IMG/VR virus record: IMGVR_UViG_2974649007_000001
Location: 23,197 to 87,196 of that record
Length of the DNA: 64,000 nt
Reading direction: 5' to 3' (one strand)
From: a virus
Lineage: Duplodnaviria > Caudoviricetes
A program made the translations under genes and the position numbers. Shown here in pieces: positions 17,833-26,829 of this stretch. The notes under the pieces were generated by a model. It did not search any database, had not been told where the DNA came from, and saw nothing but the letters and a program-made list of their open reading frames with translations. Each line of letters opens with the position of its first letter. Position 1 is the stretch's first letter.

Positions 17833-18434
17833 CAGAAACGCCCCAACAGCTCGTCGACGATGCCCATCAGCTTCATGTCGAAGTCGAACAGCGTGCCGTC
17901 GTTGACGATGGTGTGGGTGATGTAGTGACGGCTGATGCCCTTCTCGCTCTGGTGGCCGGCGATGCCGACTACCGACTTGAGCTTTTCACCCAGCGTCTTC
18001 TGCTCCGGCCGGACGATCTCCAGGATCACCCCGCCGTTGAGCTGAATCCACTCGGCTTCCGAGTCGAAGCGCACATCGCTAAGGATCATCCCCCGCGCCA
18101 TGTAGCTGGCTATGGTGCCGTTCTGCACCAGTGTATTGCCCTCGCTGACCTCCCGCCAGCGCCGCGCCACCAGATTCACCCACACCTGTGGGTTCATCAT
18201 CTCGCGGCCCCACTCCGTGCCGAGTGTCTGCATCATTACCCGGAACGACTTGCAGGTTTCAGGACAGATACCGCTGCGATCGCCTTCATGGAAGTGGTCA
18301 CCGAAGACCGACTTCAGCATGGTCTTCAGCGGCTCCGCGAAGGCGTACTTGTACAGCTGCATCTCCTTGGCCAGGTAGTCAGATGCGTGGTCTTTACCGG
18401 ACCTGGCCAGTCCGGTCACGCCTACCAGCATCAT
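17832..18434 (-). CDS. Deoxynucleoside monophosphate kinase
   Basis: GVTGLARSGKD P-loop, FAEPLK, RVMMQTLGTEWGR, SDVRFDSE, GHQSE. Confidence 0.9.
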   Translation of the reverse strand: MMLVGVTGLARSGKDHASDYLAKEMQLYKYAFAEPLKTMLKSVFGDHFHEGDRSGICPETCKSFRVMMQTLGTEWGREMMNPQVWVNLVARRWREVSEGNTLVQNGTIASYMARGMILSDVRFDSEAEWIQLNGGVILEIVRPEQKTLGEKLKSVVGIAGHQSEKGISRHYITHTIVNDGTLFDFDMKLMGIVDELLGRF

Positions 18435-19177
18435 ATTGCTTGCGCCAGGCGCAGATACAGCGCCTCGCGCAACTCGGTGGAGAACAGCATCTCGCACTTG
18501 TCGCTGAGCAGCCACTTGCAGTAGGACTGGTCAAGGTTTTTCACCTTGCTGCCCTTGTGCTTGCCGAAGCCGATCTTCATGTCGAGGGTGCCGTCTTCGC
18601 CCTTCATCCAGACCATCAGCTCGTCGAGGGTCTCGACCTTGGCCCAGCTGAACAGCGGCTTGATGCACTTCAGGGTGGCGTCCACGTCGACCGAGGCGTC
18701 GTGGGCGCCGCTCATGGGCTCACCGATCAGGTGCTCGTAGAAGTGAACCAGCTTGGCGCTCGGCCACTTGTGTTCGGTCTTCAGCTTGCGGGCTGCCTTC
18801 ATCAGGTCAATCGACTTCGGTGCCTGAAAACCTACCCGGGCAGCGATGCGGTTGTCGAAGGAGGCGCTGTTGTAGCCGATGACCGCGTCGAGTTTCATCT
18901 CGTTGACGGTCTGCATTTGCTCGCCCAGGTACTTCTCCCACGGCAGCTCGTCCACCAGGTCGTGGGCATAGTAGCCGTGGACCTTGGAGGCTTCCGGGTG
19001 GATGTCCATGCCGGGGTTGAGCAGCATGAGGTCCTTGTCCTCGACGCTGAACGTGCCGTCCTGGTGGAGGTTCACGATCCACAGGGCCGACTGGAGCACG
19101 CCGCAGGTGCCTGCGTCGACGCCGGTGGTCTCGTAGTCGTGAGCCAGTGCTCTGACGCTCTGTCCGTTAAAGCTCAT
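18431..19177 (-). CDS. DEDDh 3'-5' exonuclease (ExoX-like)
   Basis: DYETTG, GYNSASFD, HDASVD; C-terminal FGKHKG..YCKWL. Confidence 0.85.
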   Translation of the reverse strand: MSFNGQSVRALAHDYETTGVDAGTCGVLQSALWIVNLHQDGTFSVEDKDLMLLNPGMDIHPEASKVHGYYAHDLVDELPWEKYLGEQMQTVNEMKLDAVIGYNSASFDNRIAARVGFQAPKSIDLMKAARKLKTEHKWPSAKLVHFYEHLIGEPMSGAHDASVDVDATLKCIKPLFSWAKVETLDELMVWMKGEDGTLDMKIGFGKHKGSKVKNLDQSYCKWLLSDKCEMLFSTELREALYLRLAQAI

Positions 19178-19578
19178 GATGCGGTTCCTTGTGCGGTGAA
19201 AAACTGTTTATGGATGGCAGGCCACTTCTTGCGCAGTACCTCGATACGCCGCATCAGCAGGCTTTCAGCGTGCTGGGCGTTGCGCAGTAACAGCCGGGTC
19301 TTCTGCAGATCCTCGAGCAGCCGGGTGTTCTCCGCGAGCATCTTGTCGATGTCGAGGATCGAACCGTCTGGCAGGTAGACCGCTGTGGGATCAGGCAGCT
19401 TGTCAGCCGTGGTTACGAGGAGCGGTTGCCCCGGCACCTTGTAGCCGACCGCGATGGGCCGGCCTGGCTCGGTTCGGTTGATAGGGCCGTCAGGGAGGCT
19501 GTTGACAGCCTCCTTGAACTTCTCCCACCAGCCGCCTTTAGTCGGCGATGATTTCAACTTCAGCCTCCTCGTCTTCAT
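19174..19578 (-). CDS. Hypothetical protein with C-terminal coiled coil
   Basis: ORF between polA and the exonuclease. Confidence 0.55.
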   Translation of the reverse strand: MKTRRLKLKSSPTKGGWWEKFKEAVNSLPDGPINRTEPGRPIAVGYKVPGQPLLVTTADKLPDPTAVYLPDGSILDIDKMLAENTRLLEDLQKTRLLLRNAQHAESLLMRRIEVLRKKWPAIHKQFFTAQGTAS

Positions 19579-22500
19579 CCAGCTCGACGTAGGTTGGTTT
19601 GCGGATAGGATCGAACGGCTGAATCAGGTCTTTCTCCCAGATGTCCGTCCCTTCCTCGAGCGCTCGAGCAACAAACTTGGCGACGTTCTCTTTCGAGATG
19701 TCGCGGCCCAGCTCCCGCACTCTACCCCAGTCGGCGCCGATAGAAAACTCCGGCACTTGGCGAACTTTGTGCCCAGGAGGTGTCGACTCTTCCATGTACC
19801 GCCCGACTTCCTGGCAGTAGTCGTACACGTCGTCTTTATGCACCCACGACACCACTTCGTCGTAGATCGGTGCGAAGAACACCATGCGCAGCCGGTCCAT
19901 GATGCCGCTCTCGGCGATGCGGGTCAGCACGATGCGCAACATCTGCGCTGCCGAGCCCTGGATCGTGGCGTTGGTGCCCTGGCGATGCTGCCTGGCCACC
20001 TTGCCCTTGTCCTCGCTGAAGATGTCGTTGGTGGCGTGACGCTTGGTGCCGAAGGCCGTCAGCGTGTAGCCGTGCTGCTCCATGAACCTCCCGGTCTCTT
20101 CCTGCCAAGGACGAATCCGGGTGTACAGCTCGAAGGTGCCGTCCAGCAAGGCCTTGGCTTCTTCGACCGGCACGATCAGGTTGCGGGACAGCGTGCCTGC
20201 ACCAGCACCGTAGGCCATACCGAAGTTTACGGTCTTGGCCTTGCCGCGAATCGCCACGGTGATCTTGTTCAGCGGGTGGTTCTCGTCGTCCTTGGCCGCG
20301 ATGAAGTCCTCATAGGACTTCTTGGCGATGCCCGAGCCGGTCATGCTGTGCAAGTCCTTCTCGTTGGCCGGATCGTAAACCGACATCATCACCGGATCGT
20401 TGGCCAGGTTGGCCATCAGCCGGATCTCTTGCCCGTTGAAGTCGATTGCCACCGCGACATAGTCAGGGTGCGGCGGGATGTAGATCGTCCGCATGACCTT
20501 GCCTTCGCCGCGTTTCGCCACTGCCAGGATGTTCGGCGAGCTGCCGGTAGGCCTGGTGGTGTCGGTGCCAGCGTCGGTGATGGTCGGGTGGACCTTGCCG
20601 TCGACGTGCCGCCACATCGGGTACTTGTCGTGGTAGAGGCTGCAGCGTGTATTGGCCGACTTGACCCGACGAAGGATGGTCAGCGCATCACGCTGCCAGC
20701 ATTCCTCGAGCACGTCGTTCGCCAGCGCTGTGAGGATCGCCTGCTCGTCTGTCGACGGGCCTGCTTCCTTGATGCCGACGGACAGCCGGCCGACGCCTGC
20801 CTTCTTGCCGCGCAGCTTGACCGGGATACCGATCTTGCAATACAGCAGGTGCTGCATCTGCACCGGGCTGCCCACGTTCAGCGGGTCGCCGAACTTGACC
20901 ACGGTTGGCTTGACATCGGCATGGTGCTGCACCAGGCGACCGAACTCTTCGTAGGCCTTTTCAGCCTTCTCGAGCTTGGCGTAAGCCTTGTCGTCCTGCG
21001 TTTCCTCGGCCTTCTTGCGCAGTTCGGTGACCTTCATGGCACCGTCTGCGATCGCCGCAGCCATTGCCTTGATGAACGCCCGCTGCTCGCCGTTGACCAG
21101 CCACTCGTCCTCGAACCCCGCGGCTCCGGACTCCTGATACCAGGCTGCGATCGCAGTCTGCGTCAGCTTCTCCAGCACCGGCAGGCCCAGCTTTTCAATC
21201 GCCGGTGCCAGCTGCTTCTCGGTGAAGGCGAACGACGGCATCACGTTCTCTTCCCGGTACGGCGTGTATTGGCAGGACGCTTCCAGCTTCTTGCGCCACT
21301 CAGCCACCTTGCCCTTGGCCACGTCGACGTTGCCGTCGGCTTTTTTCTTGGCCGCGCGGAACACATAGTCCTGCTCGGCGTCGATCAGCGTCTTGCAGCC
21401 GTTGGTGATGTTGCCGGTGACGTTCTTCTCGAGGATCTCGCGCAGCTCAATCATGCCCTCCTCGATGGTCTTCAAGTCCTGGGCATGGATGCGCTTCTGC
21501 GCTGCCCAGTTCATGTCGACGCCAGCCACGTAGGCTCGCTGCAGCACCTCGGTAGGCTTCACAGCCCAACGGCGGTAGAACTCCCACTGCCCGTCCAGCT
21601 TGAGCAGCAGCTTGAGCAGATCGTACAGGCTGCCGGTGACCAGGGAGTCGTCGGCGCCGTAGCTGAGGGTTTCCTCGGCGGTCAGCTCGCACATCATGCT
21701 GGCGCCATCACCGTCGTTGCCCTTGGCCAGGGTGTCGTGGAACGACTCCTGCTCGTAGGCCAGGTAGCTCAGCGACAAGGCCTTCAGGCCCGCTTCCATG
21801 TTCTCGTCGTAGAAGCGTTGCATCATGCGGGTGTCGTGGATGTCCTTGAGCCAGACTTCCAGGTTGGTCTGGGTCACCACACCCTCGAACATGGCGTTGT
21901 GAGCCACGCGCTGGGTGTGCTTGCCAGCGAACTCGAGGATCTCGAGGATCACTTCCTTGTTCACGTTGTTCGAGGCACGGTGGTCAACCGGAACGTAGAT
22001 CACGTTCTCCAGGTGGCGACCGAAGTTGAACGACGCCCCGGCCAGCACCTGGCTGAGCATATCGACGTAGTTGCCGCCCTGCGTGGAGGCGATGCGGAAG
22101 TCCCGCACCTGGGTCTTGTCGGAGGACTCATAGTCGAACGCGGTAACGTCGCCCGCTTTGATCTTGGCGAAGATGGCGTCCTTCAGTTCCGCCCAGTTGG
22201 TCGAGTCGACCAGCATTGGCGTCGGCACCAAGCCGCTGTATTCGTCTTCCCACATGTCCTCGCAGCCGATCTCTTTCAGGCATTCGTACAGCAGCCTGGC
22301 GTTCGGCACACGCTTGAGGATCTTCGGCTTCACCAGCTTACGCAGGCGAGGCTTCCAGCACAGCTCCGGCTTCAGGCAGGCCAGGCGCCAGCCCAGCTTC
22401 CAGTCGGAGAAGTTTTCTTTCAGCTTGATCAGGTTCTTGTCGCCGGACGCCTCGATAGCCTCGTCCAGCAGGTCGGTGTTGCCGCTGTCCACGATGGCAG

Positions 22501-23188
22501 CCAGCTCGTCCAGACCGTCGATGCCCACGGACTTGATCAGCGCGTGGATCTTCGCCGGACCCATGCCCTTGACGCCTTTGTAGTTGTCAGAGTCATCGCC
22601 GATGATCGACTTGACGAAGCTGGTCAGCCGGTAAGGCACGCCGGCCAGCTCGTGGTCTTCAGGGTAAACACCGTTGGTGCCGTGGTACGGCACGCCCTTG
22701 ATGTTCACGATGGTGTCGTCATCCACCAGCACCAGCATGTCCTGGTCGACGGTGTGGATGTCCTTGGGGCCTTCGATCATCTTGCAGATCCAGCCGATCA
22801 CGTCGTCCGCTTCCACCTGGTCAACCAGGATCTGGGTGGCGCCGATGGCTGCGAAGAACTTGCGGGCCCAGATCATCAGCTCTTTGTACTGAGCGATCTC
22901 GATAGGGCTTTTGTTCTTGTCGTCTTTTGATGCCTGGCCTTTGTAGTCCTTGTAGATGCCAGTCCGGTACGCTTTGCCGCCATCGTGGGCGACGATCATC
23001 TCGCGCGGGGAACCCCCAGCCACGAGGATGGGGCGAATGTAGCGGGTCAGAAAGTCCGCTGCGCCAGCCTGCCACTCGGCAAACTTGCGGTCGAGCTTCA
23101 CACAGTGCAGCGACTTCTCGCTGACACCGTAGTAGGCGTGCTTGATGCACGCCCTGAAGTCGATGATCTGAAGGGGTTGGTCAGCCAT
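19538..23188 (-). CDS. polA: Family A DNA polymerase with fused 5'-3' nuclease and 3'-5' exonuclease
   Basis: 5' nuclease EADD, DQD, GDDSDNYKG; exonuclease DYE, HNAMFE, YGADD; motifs A IDFNGQEIR, B KAKTVNFGMAYG, C YDE; ATG 23188 with GGAG RBS. Confidence 0.93.
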   Translation of the reverse strand: MADQPLQIIDFRACIKHAYYGVSEKSLHCVKLDRKFAEWQAGAADFLTRYIRPILVAGGSPREMIVAHDGGKAYRTGIYKDYKGQASKDDKNKSPIEIAQYKELMIWARKFFAAIGATQILVDQVEADDVIGWICKMIEGPKDIHTVDQDMLVLVDDDTIVNIKGVPYHGTNGVYPEDHELAGVPYRLTSFVKSIIGDDSDNYKGVKGMGPAKIHALIKSVGIDGLDELAAIVDSGNTDLLDEAIEASGDKNLIKLKENFSDWKLGWRLACLKPELCWKPRLRKLVKPKILKRVPNARLLYECLKEIGCEDMWEDEYSGLVPTPMLVDSTNWAELKDAIFAKIKAGDVTAFDYESSDKTQVRDFRIASTQGGNYVDMLSQVLAGASFNFGRHLENVIYVPVDHRASNNVNKEVILEILEFAGKHTQRVAHNAMFEGVVTQTNLEVWLKDIHDTRMMQRFYDENMEAGLKALSLSYLAYEQESFHDTLAKGNDGDGASMMCELTAEETLSYGADDSLVTGSLYDLLKLLLKLDGQWEFYRRWAVKPTEVLQRAYVAGVDMNWAAQKRIHAQDLKTIEEGMIELREILEKNVTGNITNGCKTLIDAEQDYVFRAAKKKADGNVDVAKGKVAEWRKKLEASCQYTPYREENVMPSFAFTEKQLAPAIEKLGLPVLEKLTQTAIAAWYQESGAAGFEDEWLVNGEQRAFIKAMAAAIADGAMKVTELRKKAEETQDDKAYAKLEKAEKAYEEFGRLVQHHADVKPTVVKFGDPLNVGSPVQMQHLLYCKIGIPVKLRGKKAGVGRLSVGIKEAGPSTDEQAILTALANDVLEECWQRDALTILRRVKSANTRCSLYHDKYPMWRHVDGKVHPTITDAGTDTTRPTGSSPNILAVAKRGEGKVMRTIYIPPHPDYVAVAIDFNGQEIRLMANLANDPVMMSVYDPANEKDLHSMTGSGIAKKSYEDFIAAKDDENHPLNKITVAIRGKAKTVNFGMAYGAGAGTLSRNLIVPVEEAKALLDGTFELYTRIRPWQEETGRFMEQHGYTLTAFGTKRHATNDIFSEDKGKVARQHRQGTNATIQGSAAQMLRIVLTRIAESGIMDRLRMVFFAPIYDEVVSWVHKDDVYDYCQEVGRYMEESTPPGHKVRQVPEFSIGADWGRVRELGRDISKENVAKFVARALEEGTDIWEKDLIQPFDPIRKPTYVELDEDEEAEVEIIAD

Positions 23189-23190
23189 AG

Positions 23191-23505
23191 TTACTCCTTG
23201 GTCGGCATCACTGCCAGGGCAGGAGACGGTTTCTGTACGTGGAGGGCGTGGACAACGAAGCCACCGCCTGCCATCAGCACGGTGCCCAGGCTGGTGTAGT
23301 GGAAGCCTTCCGGCAGTTCTTCGCCGGTGACGCAGACGTAAACGTCCTCGGCCACGGCCTGCTCGGCTGTGTCGACCAGCTGCCACAGCTGCAAGGGCGC
23401 AGGCTGCCCAGGCTGGTGGGCTACGTGGCAGTTGTACTTCAGCCCACCAGGGATGCGCAGCGTGTTGGCACCTGTCTGCAGGGGAAACTTGAGCATTGCT
23501 TTCAT
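23191..23505 (-). CDS. Small beta-rich hypothetical protein
   Basis: MKAMLKFPL start coupled to the thyX stop. Confidence 0.6.
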   Translation of the reverse strand: MKAMLKFPLQTGANTLRIPGGLKYNCHVAHQPGQPAPLQLWQLVDTAEQAVAEDVYVCVTGEELPEGFHYTSLGTVLMAGGGFVVHALHVQKPSPALAVMPTKE

Positions 23506-23507
23506 GA

Positions 23508-24206
23508 TTACACCGCCGTGAGTGCTTTCCAGCTGAATGGGAACAACTTGGTCATGATCTCGCCTACCGGCTCGAACAGGTCTTGGATCTCTTCCTGTGC
23601 GTGGCTGTCGGTACGTTTGATCCAGGCCTGGGCGTAAGCATAGAGGCTGCCAGTCCAGTACCAGTTCACCTCGACGCCCTGCGGCAGCACCAAGCGGGCC
23701 TGCTCTGGCGCCACGCCCTGCTTCACCAGCTCTTCGTAGAACTTGATCATGTCCTCGCAGCGTTGCTTGTACGCCTGCATGATCACGTCGCTGTTCGGGT
23801 GAACACCGGCGCTGCCCTGCTTGACCTTGTCGCCGTCGGGCGCCAGGCGGAACGCCTTCGGGACGAACAGCACCGGGCGCTCGCTGATGTAGCGGCGGCT
23901 CTCTTCGTTCTCGACGAAGCCGACCTTGTGCTTGAAGCACTGGGTGCGGATCGGCACCGGCGCTGCCATGCGCAGGGTGATGCTGGTGTGAGCGAACGGC
24001 GTCCAGTGGTCGTGGCTGGCCAGGTACTGGATCAGCGCCTCGTGGCTGCGGATCTTCTGGCCGGTGGCCTTTTCGTGCAGCTCGGCGTCGAGCCGAGTTA
24101 TGAAGCTGGAGACCTCGACGTCGTTGGCGAAGCTGACTTTCGCAGCCTTCACCACCGAGAGGTCGTTGCCCATGTGATCGACGTAGATTGCGTGCATCGG
24201 TGACAC
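23508..24206 (-). CDS. thyX: Flavin-dependent thymidylate synthase
   Basis: HDHWTPF, KHKVGFVENEESRRY, PEQARLVLPQ, HAQEEI. Confidence 0.92.
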   Translation of the reverse strand: MSPMHAIYVDHMGNDLSVVKAAKVSFANDVEVSSFITRLDAELHEKATGQKIRSHEALIQYLASHDHWTPFAHTSITLRMAAPVPIRTQCFKHKVGFVENEESRRYISERPVLFVPKAFRLAPDGDKVKQGSAGVHPNSDVIMQAYKQRCEDMIKFYEELVKQGVAPEQARLVLPQGVEVNWYWTGSLYAYAQAWIKRTDSHAQEEIQDLFEPVGEIMTKLFPFSWKALTAV

Positions 24207-24211
24207 TCCTT

Positions 24212-24240
24212 AAACAAAGCTCCCGCCAGAAGGCGGGAGC
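24212..24240 (-). terminator. Intrinsic terminator-like hairpin
   Basis: GCTCCCGCC-AGAA-GGCGGGAGC with an adjacent A-rich tract (U-rich on the - strand). Confidence 0.6.
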
Positions 24241-24254
24241 GATGGGGTGGCGGC

Positions 24255-24707
24255 TTAGCCTTGCAGGCCGTAGTCTTCCAGGCGCAGGCCGAACTCGCGG
24301 CCGATTTCCTGCAGGACTTTCTTCTCGTCGGCGCTGATGTCGCCGTCGGCCTGGGCCATGGCGATCGCGTTGACGAACACTTCTTCAGCGTCCTGCTTGT
24401 TGTTCTTGATGTCGCCGATCTCGCGCTTCACATGCACGCGGCCCACCAGGAAGTTGGCTTTCAGCTGAGCGCTGATGCGGTTGATGGTCTGGCTGATCTC
24501 GCTGCCGAAGTGGGCCAGCGCAGGGTTGGAGCGCACCAGCTCGTCCAGCTTGAGGATCTCGTCGTCACCGCAGCTGCCGTCGGCGTAGGCCACCAGCAAG
24601 CTGGCTGCGACGATGGCTTCCATCAGGTCCTTGTTCTCGACCTTCTTCAGTTCAGCCATGGAGTTGACTGCTTTTTTACCCAGGATACGACCGATTGCAC
24701 CGAACAT
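24255..24707 (-). CDS. terB: TerB-family protein
   Basis: AASLLVAYADG..E and AMAQADGDISADEKKVL repeats. Confidence 0.85.
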   Translation of the reverse strand: MFGAIGRILGKKAVNSMAELKKVENKDLMEAIVAASLLVAYADGSCGDDEILKLDELVRSNPALAHFGSEISQTINRISAQLKANFLVGRVHVKREIGDIKNNKQDAEEVFVNAIAMAQADGDISADEKKVLQEIGREFGLRLEDYGLQG

Positions 24708-24763
24708 AATGTGATTCCTTGTAGCGAATGGATTGAGGTTTTTACAGCGGGTGTTGCTGCCCC

Positions 24764-25030
24764 TTACAGCCGCGGGGCGTCACGGTTGGGGCCACCGTTC
24801 TTCTCGGCCTGCACCGACTTGGCGGTGATGCCGTCGCTGACGAACTCCACGCGGCCGGTGTCGAACCACTCACTCGGCGACGTCTTGCCTTCAGCGTTGA
24901 CCTTGGGGGTCAGGCCTACCTGGTCGCAGCCGGTGAGGTAGCTGCAGAACGCCGTGACCGTGCCGGTGAAGCCGGTGATCTTGTCACGGTATTCCTTGCC
25001 CAGCATGTTCTCTTTGGTCAGAGTGCTCAT
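24764..25030 (-). CDS. Conserved-looking phage hypothetical protein
   Basis: DKITGFTG..YLTGCDQ..WFD..GGP pattern. Confidence 0.6.
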   Translation of the reverse strand: MSTLTKENMLGKEYRDKITGFTGTVTAFCSYLTGCDQVGLTPKVNAEGKTSPSEWFDTGRVEFVSDGITAKSVQAEKNGGPNRDAPRL

Positions 25031-25032
25031 GG

Positions 25033-25659
25033 TTATTGTCCTGGGGCTTTGTCAGCGCGGGCTTGGGCTGCAGCATCGCTGTAGCCGTTCTTGTAGCGCT
25101 TGCCGAGCAGCTTGGCCTTGTTGGCCGTCAGCGTCTCGTCCAGGTCGGTCTGGATGCCGTTGAGCAGGCCGACGATGTAGAACGCAGCATCACCGCCTTC
25201 TTCACGGACGTTCTCACCGTCCAACTGGGCGCCGAGGACGTAGCTTACAACCTGCTGCAGCATCTCAGCCGCTTCACCGGCCAGGCCGACGGCCATGTGC
25301 AGCATGTGCATCTTGTCGGCGTCGAGAGCGTCGTAGGCCATGCCCAGGCCCTGGCTGCTTGGCAGGTTGAAAGCAGGTTCAAGCGGCAGGTCCTTGTTGT
25401 AGACGATACGCTTCTTGACGTTGTCCAGCTCGTTGCCGCGGTTGATCACCGCGCCGCAGATCTGCAGCAGTTGAAGGAAGCCGGTAAACTTCAGCTCGTC
25501 CTTCATCGTCTGGCCAGGCTTGGCCAGCTCGTCGACCATCACATGGAACGGTTTGTCCACGATGGCCTGTTGGTCTTCAGGGGTCAGGTCTGGGCAGATG
25601 TGCTTGACCAGCGCGAGGGCGCTGTTTGCTGACGTGAAGCCTTGGGTAAGTTCGTTCAT
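25033..25659 (-). CDS. MazG-like NTP pyrophosphohydrolase
   Basis: GLAGEAAEML, EEGGDAAFY, NKAKLLGKRY. Confidence 0.75.
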   Translation of the reverse strand: MNELTQGFTSANSALALVKHICPDLTPEDQQAIVDKPFHVMVDELAKPGQTMKDELKFTGFLQLLQICGAVINRGNELDNVKKRIVYNKDLPLEPAFNLPSSQGLGMAYDALDADKMHMLHMAVGLAGEAAEMLQQVVSYVLGAQLDGENVREEGGDAAFYIVGLLNGIQTDLDETLTANKAKLLGKRYKNGYSDAAAQARADKAPGQ

Positions 25660-25683
25660 TGGATCAGTCCTGTTTGCGGAGGG

Positions 25684-25713
25684 AAAAAAGCCCGACAGTG
25701 TTACCTGTCGGGC
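25684..25713 (-). terminator. Intrinsic terminator
   Basis: 9-bp stem GCCCGACAG/CTGTCGGGC plus A6. Confidence 0.7.
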
Positions 25714-25731
25714 CCCGGTCAAGCGCTGAAG

Positions 25732-26703
25732 TTACTCAGCAGCCATCGCGTTTTGGTCGCCGATGGCGGTGAAGTTCCAAGGGCGGAACGCCTTGTCGCC
25801 GGTGCCGACTTTCTTGCCGACGCTGCAACGGATAACCAGATCAGCCGGATCGCACTTGAACTTGCGCAGGCCTACAGCCATGGCACCAGCCAGACGCGCC
25901 TTGGAAGCAGGCGGGATGGACAGGGAGACCATGTGATCCATGTATTCGTCGTCGCGGTTTTTCAGCTGGGACATCGCTTCGATGTATTCCTTGATGTCCA
26001 GCGGGTCGGTCTCGGTGCCGTAGCCGTCGTCCTTCCACTTGTCCAGGGTGTCCTGGGCACTGGTGCCATCAGAGAGGGTCTTACCGAACTTGTCGTAGCT
26101 GTAGAACATCTCAGCGCCTTCACCAGCGAACTGGCGAACCACGTAGATGTTGCGGGTGCTCAGCACGACCAGATCCAGCACTTCGCCCAGCGAAACTTCT
26201 TCGCTGCCCAGTTGGAACTTGGCTTCATGCAGCTTCAGACGGTCGAAGGACATGCCGGTGATGGCCAGGCCTTCGTAGCCTTGCTCAGCCATGGACTTGG
26301 TGAACTGCTCAGCCGCACTTGCGTGGCGGTCAGCGTTGGTCACGGCCACAGCGCCTTCGGTAACGGTTGCCACTTCACGCGGCTTGATTTCTTCAGGCTG
26401 TACTTCTGGCTTGGCGGCTGCCTCGGCTTCAGTCGCGGCTGCGGCTTCGGCGACGGGCTCGGCGTCAGGCTGGGCTTCGGATTGAGCGTCAGTCGCGGCT
26501 GCGGCTTCGTCTTCTGCTTCAGGCTTCGCGTCACCTACAGGTGGGGCATCGTCCTTGACGTCGCTGGCTGCGGTGGTTTCGGTCGTGGTGGCTTCTGCCT
26601 TCACGTCGTCAACCTGGGAAGCGGCGGCTGCTTTCGCATCGGCTGCTTTCTTTTCTGCTGCCAGGGTTTCTTCGGTAGGTGCTGCTGCGCGTTTAAGTGC
26701 CAT
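25732..26703 (-). CDS. Acidic protein in replication cluster, possible ssDNA-binding protein
   Basis: Ala/Glu low-complexity N-terminus and globular C-terminus; function inferred from position only. Confidence 0.45.
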   Translation of the reverse strand: MALKRAAAPTEETLAAEKKAADAKAAAASQVDDVKAEATTTETTAASDVKDDAPPVGDAKPEAEDEAAAATDAQSEAQPDAEPVAEAAAATEAEAAAKPEVQPEEIKPREVATVTEGAVAVTNADRHASAAEQFTKSMAEQGYEGLAITGMSFDRLKLHEAKFQLGSEEVSLGEVLDLVVLSTRNIYVVRQFAGEGAEMFYSYDKFGKTLSDGTSAQDTLDKWKDDGYGTETDPLDIKEYIEAMSQLKNRDDEYMDHMVSLSIPPASKARLAGAMAVGLRKFKCDPADLVIRCSVGKKVGTGDKAFRPWNFTAIGDQNAMAAE

Positions 26704-26829
26704 GGTAATTATCTCTCTCAGCTTGAGTATCGGTATGGTTTGGGTGTCACTGTCATCGTCATTATCATCGGCAACTAGCGAGGTTTCCGCTAGCGCAGGC
26801 TGATTTATACAGAGCAGCCTTGCCCTCTG

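Noticed and set aside
19454-22930. Very long opposite-strand ORFs (e.g. 19454-22930 +, 3002-4576 -, 8335-9582 -, 31974-33257 +)
   Set aside because: Antisense shadows of real genes in high-GC DNA; no RBS or motifs, and biased residue composition.
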